From Paramecium tetraurelia (taxonomy: Eukaryota): DNA of 20,559 bases. A model generated the notes under the pieces. That model was given only the letters and a program-made list of their open reading frames with translations. It did not search any database and was not told the DNA's origin. Location of the stretch: NCBI GenBank assembly GCA_000165425.1, contig CT868396.1:124001-144559 (forward strand), given 5' to 3'. Both the position numbers and the translations under genes were made by a program. This document shows, piece after piece, positions 10,642 through 20,559 of the stretch. How positions within the stretch are numbered: position 1 is the first letter of the stretch; the number at the start of each line of letters is the position of its first letter.

Positions 10642-12989
10642 CTATTATTAAAACGAAAATAAATTAATGAATTTTCTTTATATATTAGTACATTTGATTC
10701 TCACCTTATGATGATATGATGGTATTCATAAAAATATAAGAGAAGTCAATCTTAACAAATGAAAATATTAAGTATTCAATAATCCAAACAGCAATTAACT
10801 GGACAACTCCTCCAAGGTCGATTCCAAGATTCTCAATCTTCCATAGAACAGTCGATGCTCCATGGCTTAATTAATAATATAACCAAATGATTGAATATTA
10901 TCATCTCATTTTCATAATGTATTTTGAAAATCAAACTCAATTAACTTAAATAGGCCACTTAAAATAATTAATATATTAATTTGTCAAAAAACATAATACG
11001 GCAGAGATAAAATTACTTTATTTTAAGTTCTTTAGCTATCCTTAGAATGGCAGGAAAGCCTTATTTATTAAAGGAATTCTCCCATCCTATCATACTTTAA
11101 ATAATTTATTCGGTATTTATAAAATCAGCCTATTCTTACTGTAATATTATTCATATTATTGAAAAATTAGTCATTTAATTCTAAATAATTACCTAATAAG
11201 ATTTCCAAAAATACTTTCATCAGCGAATAACTAATTTTTTTCAAGTTCTCAAATAGATATAGCTGATAGATCATTATCTAAAATCATCAATTATCAAATC
11301 ATTATAAATATATATATGAACTTATGCATTTTAATTAAAACCTTAATAAAAGTTGCTTTCTTTTATATAATATTGTCTCTTATTCTGCCAAAGATTAGTT
11401 ATAACAATATTCTCATTTATCTATTGAGCACGCCTATACATCATTTTAAATTTAACCAACACTAAAAATTTAAGGTTTTACTTAATTCAAAGTTTTACTT
11501 CTAATTAGTGCTATTTAATCATGAAAATATTCATAAAAGTGTAACGAATGTAAGCTATTTTTGAAGCATAATGAATATTAAAACAATGATGCATTTCACA
11601 TTAATGAAATCTGTAATCATAATTTAAATAATGCCTTAATTATTAATTCAATTACTTTATGGAGGAGGATGGGCATCTTAATTTAAAGTTGGTACTAATC
11701 TGAAAATATTGTGAAATTTGATTTATTTAAAATTAAAAATCATAAGTTTATATTTTAGAGTCTGAAAATAATATTTGGTTGTTTCATTATCATCATACAA
11801 GATATCCTTAATTATTGTTGTAAGGGTTTTCATTTAAAATTATAATGTTGGCAAGTAAGATTTTCCTGGAATGGTTAGATGGAATGAAATTTACAACTTT
11901 TAACATGGATTAATATTTTTAAATAGTAATTTATCCAAATGTCTTTAAAGTTTTCTATTTTTTAAGTATCTGGCTTCTTTTTCAATTTATATTATTACAA
12001 AATATCTACAAATCTCTTTATTCAAGAGCTATATATTATTATTATTCAATATTAGAGGTAGGAAATGGCAAAAAATTTTTGAATGGTCTTATAATCAAAA
12101 TTAAAATAATAATCTCTATTACACATTTGATTAAAGTATTAGTATGGATGAATTAAAATAAGCTCATTTAGGATGAAACATTTCTTAAAAAGACTCATAA
12201 ATAAATTTTATGATTAAAATATAGTGTGCTTTTTTGTCAACCTAATTCTTCTACTGCTATTAGAAATAATAAGCGAAATAAAGAGAAATTAATTAAAATA
12301 TTAATATAATAAACCATATAGCTTCATATTTTTATACTTAAGAATCTTTAAAGTGTAAGATCGTTACTCGCAAAGATTAAATTTCAGAAATAAATCATTA
12401 AAAGTCTAGGCCTTGAGAGCAATAATTTAATAGATAGATCAAATTGATTGCGAAATTAAAGTTTATTTCAATTTTAATATTTTATCAGGAAGAGTAGTAA
12501 TAACCAATCTAACAATATATGGAAATTTTTAATCGATAGTCTAATACTTTAGTAATCATATAATATATTGTAAATATTAAATCTCTAAAGATATGTTAAC
12601 AATAAAGGAATCGATTTAAAAAACAAAATTAATGATAAAAAATTTAGTAAAATTAAATTATATAAAAATATTTCATAATAAATATCCAATTCATTTATAA
12701 ATTAAAATAAATTTCAAAAATAATCAAGAAAAAAATTCCTAATTATATTAATTTAAGATTTATTGGATACAAAGGGGTGGTAATGTGGAATAATTATAAT
12801 TTTGATTTTATTAAATTAGAATAGTCTAGACAAAGATTTCCAACTAATGAAATCAATAATAATAAGATGTAAAATATCTTTGATGTAATTTATTTAATTT
12901 CTATATCAATAAATAAAACAGTTGGGTTAGATAGAAATAATACTGATTTTTCATAATATTAATTTTGAAGTTTTATAAAATGAGATTTT

Positions 12990-13322
12990 TCAATTTGAAG
13001 CAGTTTGAAGAATCATTTGTATTTTTTTGCGTCTCAAACGTTGAGCAATTTTTAGGAAATCAATTAAGAATAGAGATTATATATACTATTTAGTATTAAT
13101 TAGGTGATTTTAATGAAAATAGGATGTTGATTAAATGATGAAAATAAGAAAAATCGATAAATCTTTTATGGTTCCTCTGATTATCATAAAATTGAATTAG
13201 CCACAAGTAGAACAAGATATGAATATGTGTGGTGACAAAAATTAATTTGTTAGAGGAGTGGAGGTGAGAAGTAAGACAACGGGATGTTTATAGAGTAGGA
13301 TATGGAGAGTATTCTATCTCAT
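12990..13322 (-). CDS. Doubtful 110-aa hypothetical ORF, divergent from gene 3
   Basis: ATG at 13322 to TGA at 12992-12990 in the ciliate code (MRQNTLHILLYKHPVVLLLTSTP...CSTCG...LRRKKIQMILQTASN). It starts 41 nt from the gene 3 ATG. No recognisable motif, and ORFs this long arise easily with only one stop codon. Confidence 0.15.
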
Positions 13323-13363
13323 GATTGATTTATAATAAAAACGGTTTATATATTTATTTTATC

Positions 13364-16300
13364 ATGAAGAAATTGTTATTGCTATTGCTTGCTACCTTGA
13401 GTTTTGCTGAGGTCTGTGTAGTCAGGGTAGGAATGACATATTACGAAGCAAGAGATTTAGAAATAAGTCGGTTCAATTGTTATATGAACTTTGATGGATC
13501 CATTGAAGCCCTAACAAGATGGATTGATATAATTGAACACCGAGAATAACTGTTAAATGACTTGGAAGTGTTGGCCAAGATGATAAAGATTATCGAGAGT
13601 GCGAAGTAGGCTACGACAGTGATTCGTGATTATGAGAGAAATCGTCCATCTTTCAAGGCATTCCTATAAAATGAGTGGACATCTTGCAGGATTGAAGATG
13701 CTTATGAATATGTTCAGCGTTTGAATGCTTAGAGATCAAAGGAATAACGAGTTGCATTGGCTAATTCGATTATAAATTACTTAAGAAATGCTGAAAGATA
13801 AATCTATGGATATGTGGATTCATGTCGAAATGTTAAATTAACTACTCATCTGAAATAGAAGATTGCATAATTGAAGGCTTTGAAATAGGTTTGTGAATAG
13901 GAACTCAAAAAACCATCACCAAGGGATGTCATTATAGAAAGCGATGATGATGATGTGGTATACTATTTTGAAGAACAAGTCAACGAAGATGTTTACGATT
14001 ATGTTTATGTTTATGAAGACGAAATGGAAGCTTAATTCCCAGTTGATGATTCAGAGCCATAGGTTTATAAGCATTCCTAAAATCCAAAGGTGACCAAGAG
14101 TACTGTCATAAAGACCAGAGAAATATATGGTGCTTAAAAGGATACGAGCAAAGTGGTTGATGCTCATTCTACCTATGGACCTATTGAATATATTAAAAGT
14201 GGGGTTGGAGAAGAGTGCGAATATTATGGAGATACAGTTAACTAGCCAGAGCCAGATTATGTGGATGGAATGGAGGAAACCGAAGAAAATCCTTAGTAAG
14301 TTACTGAAGATCCAGTGCCAGATGATGAAAAAATTACAGAGGAGGAGGCTACAATTGAAATCGCAGAGGAAACCATTGAAGAAATTACTTAAGAGGAGAA
14401 AAGTGATGACAAGAATTAAGTAAAGCCAAAGAGAAAGGAAAAAATATAGAAGGAAGATAAGCCAAGAAGAATAAATTAATAAGATGCAGAAGTAATTACT
14501 AAAAAGAAAAAAACTGAGGAGAAAACAGAAAATAAATAAAAGAAATAAGAAGATAAAAAGGATGAGGTTGATGAATAAAATGAAAATGGAGAAGAAGAAG
14601 AAGAAGAAGATGAAGAATTGTGTGAGCCTTAGGATGGGAACAAAACAAAGAAGGTTGTGAAAAAAGTGAAAAGAGATGGGCCACCTAGTCAATCTGGTTA
14701 GAGGACAAGAAGAGAAGCCAAGTAAGAGAAGAAAATGGCAAAAGAGTAGCCATTGCCTGCAATTTGTTATGGAAATGAGAATTACGTTGAAGAAGTTATT
14801 GCAGAAGAAGTCATTTAATCTTCGGACAAGGGAGCTAACTACCTGGCTGTTGAGAACTTACTTAATGATGTTGTTAGTGAAGAAAAACATGATGATCATA
14901 ATGAACATGATAGATCAGTCAAATTGACATCTGTTAAGGATGAATTCAATGCAAATGAACCAACACAATTTTAACCACCTAAACATAGAGCAAGCAGTGG
15001 TAGAGTTCAAGAAAAGAAAGCTATTGCTGTGAACACTAAGTATTTCAATTCAGAATTTGATGGAGAACCCACTTAAGTATTTGAATTTGAGGATAGAGCA
15101 TTATTGCAAGATGCGTCTGAATATGGATATGGGTATTGGGTGAGATTCAGTGAACACTCAATTAAGTAGCATGCTCGTGAGGAGGGACAATTCTATTTCT
15201 TATCAAGAATGACAACCAATGAAGAATATGAGGACTTTACTTTTTATGGAGACAGAACATTAGCAGTATTTTTATATGACAATTCGTTTGTATTTTCAAC
15301 GTATGATATTACAACTTAAAGTAAAACTAAGGATACTAATGTTGTATTGAATGAGAACATGGATAGTGTTTGGTATTTTGTGGCATACACTTACAGCTCT
15401 TAATAAAGAAAGGCAGTTGGATATATAGTAAAATATGGATAAGGTGCACCCAAATATAGAATTGAAATTGAGGCTTAGCATGTACCACCAACATATGTAA
15501 AGTTCATTTTCGGAGGAAAGCATATGGATTATCTAGGATTGAATGGATAATTTGCTAACATCTTTTATGACGTTGATGCTCCAGCATTTATTGATGGAGA
15601 TGACTCCTTGGAAGAGACCATTAATACTCTGAGTAACATGCCTCAATAGTTGCCCATCTTGATAGAGGAAACAATTATCAGCAAACCAATCACAATCAGT
15701 GGCAATGAGAAGGGGGAGCACTTTCATTTTGACCCACAAGAGTCACAATTATTAATTGAAGAATATGCAGTCGCTTTTTGGTTTAGATGGGTGGATGATC
15801 TTAAAGTGGATGAACCTAATGCCTTTTAACTGATTAATCTGAGATCCAATAAAGTGCGTACTTAAGGAAAAGGAGTGCTGGGTGATAGAGCCTTGGAAGT
15901 TCATCACGTATATGGTGGTGGCATTAAGAGCAATGTATATTTTAATACCTACACTGTTTATGGAAACAGAGGAAAAGGGTCTGTAAATATATTAAAGAGT
16001 GTTGAAAGTGCTGAATATATATGGACTTATGTGTACTTTGGGTATAAGGAAGGAAGAGCCTATGGGGCCTTGATAAAACCATAGGTAACTGGAGAAGTTA
16101 AATTTGATGGAGTGTATCATAAATAAGCCAACCATTTGAGTGTTACGGTAGGAGGGGATGAGACAATTTCACCATTCAATGGAAAGATAGCCTTCGTTGG
16201 TATTTATTTGGGCGAAGGAGCCTACAGAGAAGGCCTTGATTTTTAGACTACTTTTAATTATGGAGAAGGAGTAATGGCAGTGTATTAGGTAGGCAAGCCA

Positions 16301-19300
16301 ATTACTTACATGGGAGTTGATTAGAGTAGATATGTTGAATTCGATTAAGCAGACAATGTAGTGGATAAAATCATTATCCACGATGAAAATGCAATGAAAA
16401 TTAATGGCTAAAGTGAATATGCATTTGGTCTTTGGACTAGATGGTTGACTACATTGCCAAAATATTTGAATAAGAGAGCACCAGTCCATAACATAGCTAG
16501 AGTCGGTACTTAAGGTTACATAATTGAATCTGAGAATGGCAGATGGATCAGAGCTAATGGAGGGAGACCTCAAACTTTGAAAGATACAACCTTGGCTTGT
16601 GTTTTAACTTAAGAATCATATGAATTTTAGACTCTTAATCTTAAAGATGATATCCCATTCACTAATTTGGAAGGACAATGGAATTATGTTTATTTTGGAT
16701 ATAAGAGACAGGGGGATACTGGAGTTGCCAAAGGTTATATTCAATTTGGAGTGGATGGTGAAATAGAAGAGGTTGCATTCACTGTCTATCATGATTTCTT
16801 AGTGGAGTACGTTGAATTCATTGTTGGAAAGACATCAGCCCCATTATTTAATGGTGAATTAGCAAGAGTTACTTTTAGCTTTGGTCCTGGAGCATTCGTA
16901 CCAAATAAAGATACGTTGAGATTGTTTACATAAAATTCATTACCAGAAAAGGCCTAAATACATCCAGTCACCAGATAGACTTTACAATTGTTTGGATCAG
17001 CAATTACAATAGCTGAAGATCCCATCTAATTTGAGTTTGATAAATTTTAGGGTGCTGAGGAGTACTCAGTTTCTGGATGGGTAAGATGGGCTGGTCCACT
17101 AGTTACTGGTAAGGAATCCCATGTGATTACATTGGCTTAAAAGAGATTACTGGATATAGATGGAAACAAAGAAGAGACCTTGTAAATCATAAGAGGAGAC
17201 TCGCTTTACAGATTTATTACTTACACTAATAATGGTAAATTGATACCTGCTGAACAGGAGTTTCATGAATATGCTGATCAATGGACCTACATATATTATG
17301 GGTATTCAAAGTAATAACTGAAGACATATGGTTATGCAAGATTCGCATTTACAGATGCTGAATTTACACAAGAAAACATATCCCATTTCTACTTAGCTGT
17401 TTTCAGCATTATTGTTGGTCATGGAAGGTAGTCCTATGTAGATTTCATAGGGTAGATGAAAACTTGGGTGGTGAATGTAGGATTTGGAGCATATAGAGAG
17501 GGCAATTTTGAGGAGGATGAGAATATCAAAATTCATTTTGGATTTATTAGTGGAGCTGATCATATCAAATAGGCAGGATAGGAGGCTCATCATGAGGAGA
17601 AGGTCTTGGAATGTGCAACCAAGGATGAGGAACCTCCAATGTAGATTCATTTCGAGTAAAGTTCAAGTCTGTAATTGCATGGAGTTTCAGAGTATGGATA
17701 TGGATTTTGGTTGAGATATCAATATTTTGGATCTAAATAAAAGATTTATGCATAGCCTCAATTAATGGGAGTAGCCAGATTAACAAGTAATAAGGAATAT
17801 AAGGATTTCGATAATCCAGGTGATAGAGTCTTGTTGGTGGTGATGGGTAGAAAGGCCTTTTCTTTTGGCACTTATGATGTTATAACCAAATCAAACAATG
17901 TTGGAGGGGATCTCGAGTACAGAAGAGAGAGTGAGGGAGAATGGTAATATCTTTATTTCAGTTATAAGAGACACACATAATAGGAGGGACATGCTATAGC
18001 ATTTACATAATTTAGAGATCACACTGAAGGATTACAGATGGATGTATTGCATTCTTTATTAACTAATTATTTATATTTCTCAGTTGGTCATGCTGGTAAA
18101 TACTATGTTAACTTCAATGGTTAAATAACCAAGGTTAGAATTAATTTGGGTCCAGGATCTTTTATTGAAAATAAGGCAGATTTGTTATCTAAAATTAAGA
18201 CTAAGGATACTATTCCAGAGATCGAATAAGTAAGTAAGAATATTGAAATTATTTCTGGAATCCAGGATGTTAGAAAACTTGATGAAAAACATCACTTAAC
18301 AAAGTTCGAATAAGAAATTAGAGAGTATGGGGTTTAATTGTGGTTTAGATGGTTCAAGAGCTAAAAGAGCACTTAATTAATGTATAGATTAACAACAAAT
18401 GGAGAGGACACTCTTGGAGATGCTCAGAAGATAGGTGATAGGACTTTAGTGATGTGTCATACAGAAGGGTTGGAATTCAGTACTTATAGTTTGGGTGATA
18501 AGACAGTTCAATTAAATAATGCATATCCAGTTTAGATTGCTAAGTAGAATTTGGAAGTGTGGACATTTGCATATTTTGCTTATTCAAAGGAGAGTCAACA
18601 AATAGTTTATTACATCAATAGTGAAGAGAATGAGTAACATGCTTTAGAGTCAGCCTTGCATGCAGTCTCATCCAATTATTGGTTTTATTTGGCCAAAGAT
18701 GCTCTCTTGAATTCGTATGATAGTCGATTGGCTCAGGTAGTATTGAATTTAGGAAGTGGAGCATTCAGAAAGGATAATTTCAAGGGTTTGATGGTTTATC
18801 TATAGTCTCCAAAGCTATTCAATCCAAATGCAAAATTACAATGGGATTACGAAGAAGATGAATTGGTACTAGATTCCTAAGATGCTGAAAAGTAAGGTGT
18901 TACAGTGAGAATTGCTGAGCCAAATCAAAAGATCGAAAGCATTTAAGAATATTCAGTTGGGTTATGGTTACGATTCTTGTAGGCTTGGCCATCAAGATTA
19001 TGGAATATTCCAAGTGAGATGTAAATATTCAGATTGACATCAAATGAGGAATTGGAGAATGGCAAGATTGCTATTGGAGATAGAGTATTGAGTGCATACT
19101 TGGTACACGATAACTTCTACTTTGGTGCCTATGATATCAATGAGGACGCTCCTAATGAGATATCTACAATCTCTTACTCTTCATTGGAAGGTAGATGGCA
19201 TTACATATATGCTGGTTATAAGAGATCCATATAGGAGGCTGTCTATTATGTTTATGATGGAGAACACATTCAAAAAGCAAAGAATGAACAGTTATTGTAG

Positions 19301-20559
19301 AGACCATTGAATGAGTGGATTAAGTTGATCTTAGGTGGAGAGAAGAATGTTGCAGGATTTCATGGATTGTTCAGTCAAATTTCAGCTCATCTGGGAAAGG
19401 AAGCATATGTAGAAAATGAGGAATAACTCCTAAAATCAATAGAATCTAGTTATGCTTTGCCATTGGAATTAACTGTAGGGTACATTCAAAAGTAGAAGAA
19501 GGGATAAGTGGAGCTAGAACAATATAAGAGTCAAGAACTAACTCAATTATAAGGAATTGGAGAATATGCCATAAGCGGGTGGTTTAAGATTGCTGAAGTA
19601 CAAGCTAAAATTGAAGGGGAGATTAATTCACCTTGTTAAGTCTTATTCAGAATAACCAACAATGATGAAGAGCATCTATCTGATAGGAAATAGTAAGGAG
19701 ATCGTACATTGTATGCTTAAGTGTGTACAAGTGACACAGTTAAGGTTAGTACTTATAGCATTGCAGGTTTGAAGGATTGGAATGAAGCCAAGTTTTTGGA
19801 GGCAAAAGCAGAAATGGGAAATTCTAAACGAGCTTGGACATACTTCTACATGAGTTATAGCGAAGATAAGAGGGAGGTGGCAACATTGATAAAATTATTC
19901 GAAAAGGATGTTCCTATTGTATTCAAGGATGTTCAACACTTTGTTGCCAATAATATGTTTGTTTATTTGGGCAAAGATTCTTTTAGCAGGAAATTCTAAG
20001 GAGAATAACACAAGTGGGAATTACTATTTGGATCTGGATCTCACACTTATAATGAAGAAACCATGCCAAATCTGAGATATATTATTAAGAATCAGAAAAA
20101 CATGTGGTTCTCAAAAGAGGACAAGAAAATTGACACTAAATTCGAATAAAGTTTCGATAAAGAAGTTGAATCTGTAGATGAATATGCTGTTGGGATGTGG
20201 ACTAGATGGTTGATAGCTTTCCCAACTACTTTGACTGAAAGATCTGATACTCACACCATATTCCGTCTATCATAGACCTTGGAATATTAGGATAAAGCAG
20301 AATTGGGAAATAGAGCATTATCTGCATTCCTCAAAAAAGGATTTTATGAATTCAGCACTTATGATGCGTCTGCTCCAAACAATGCAGTAGATGCTAAAGT
20401 GAATTATGAAAATGTAGAAGGAGAATGGAATTACATTTATGCAGGTTATAAAAATAAATAGTTTTATGGATTAATCATTTTTAGAGATAGGGAGCATGTC
20501 GAGGAAGTCAAGTTAGATGTGACTCATCTTGTTTTGACTGGACATGCTATTTTGGTTCT
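13364..20559 (+). CDS. Giant secreted protein (>2390 aa, 3' end truncated): signal peptide, helical Cys-containing N-domain, acidic/charged linker, at least 9 tandem ConA/LamG-like beta-rich repeats
   Basis: ATG at 13364: MKKLLLLLLATLSFA|EVCVVRVG. Track fragments starting at 13325, 15875, 16667, 17765, 19034 and 19721 share one frame, and their stops are TAA/TAG, so no intron is required. Repeat motif: EY-x-x-G-x-W-x-R ... GDR-x-L ... F-x-TY ... W-x-Y-x-Y-x-x-Y ... H ... FNG ... G-x-GA-F/Y. The LamG/ConA fold assignment is inferred from this motif pattern. Confidence 0.9.
13920..14990 (+). other. Low-complexity acidic, then K/E-rich, linker coding region of gene 3
   Basis: ESDDDDVVYYFEEQVNEDVYDYVYVYEDEME ... 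EEATIEIAEETIEEITQEEK ... KKKKTEEKTENKQKKQEDKKDEVDEQNENGEEEEEEDEE; GAA-rich purine tract. Confidence 0.8.
15040..20559 (+). repeat. Nine tandem ~205-218-aa protein repeats within gene 3
   Basis: The conserved 'EY' motif starts at 15119, 15761, 16415, 17060, 17690, 18323, 18947, 19562 and 20180 (spacing 642, 654, 645, 630, 633, 624, 615, 618 nt). Confidence 0.9.

Noticed and set aside
10642..13363. CRISPR array, transposon TIRs, telomeric repeats or tRNA/rRNA in the AT-rich spacer
   Set aside because: By eye I found no regularly spaced direct repeats, long inverted repeats, G3T3/G4T2 tracts or cloverleaf-like sequence. The small CTCAA-ACG-TTGAG hairpin at ~13033-13045 is expected by chance.
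14051..14692. 213-aa hydrophobic F/L/I-rich minus-strand ORF (and 14499-14684) that looks like a membrane protein
   Set aside because: It is the antisense shadow of the GAA/AAA-rich E/K linker of gene 3.
14127..19310. Alternative-frame or antisense ORFs inside gene 3 (14127-14423, 14676-14927, 15296-15523, 15533-15739, 16169-16573, 17393-17650, 17484-17714, 19092-19310)
   Set aside because: They are out-of-frame or antisense artefacts of applying the standard code to ciliate DNA.
2446..20559. Reading the many TAA/TAG codons as pseudogenisation, phage-style recoding or readthrough
   Set aside because: Both codons occur throughout all three genes alongside tiny spliceosomal introns, which is the ordinary ciliate nuclear code.

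Overview
This is AT-rich eukaryotic DNA from a ciliate, very likely a Paramecium macronuclear chromosome. TAA/TAG read as Gln, TGA is the only stop, and the introns are 22-26 nt GT(A)..TAG. The supplied ORF track uses the wrong genetic code, so it splits three real genes into fragments and antisense shadows. Re-read in the ciliate code, the window holds three genes. (1) A minus-strand two-TM membrane protein with a large Cys-containing ectodomain (1489 to <1, 3 introns). (2) A complete minus-strand ~2700-aa PKD1/REJ-like surface receptor (10641 to 2446, 4 introns): signal peptide, furin-like/EGF-like Cys-rich repeats, REJ-like region, degenerate GPS motif and about 5 TM helices. (3) A plus-strand, apparently intronless secreted protein of >2390 aa (13364 to >20559): helical N-terminus, acidic/charged linker and at least 9 tandem ~210-aa ConA/LamG-like repeats with an alternating A/B pattern. 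Two unexplained spacers (1490-2445 and 10642-13363) may hold decayed genes. I saw no RNA genes, mobile elements, CRISPR arrays or telomeres.
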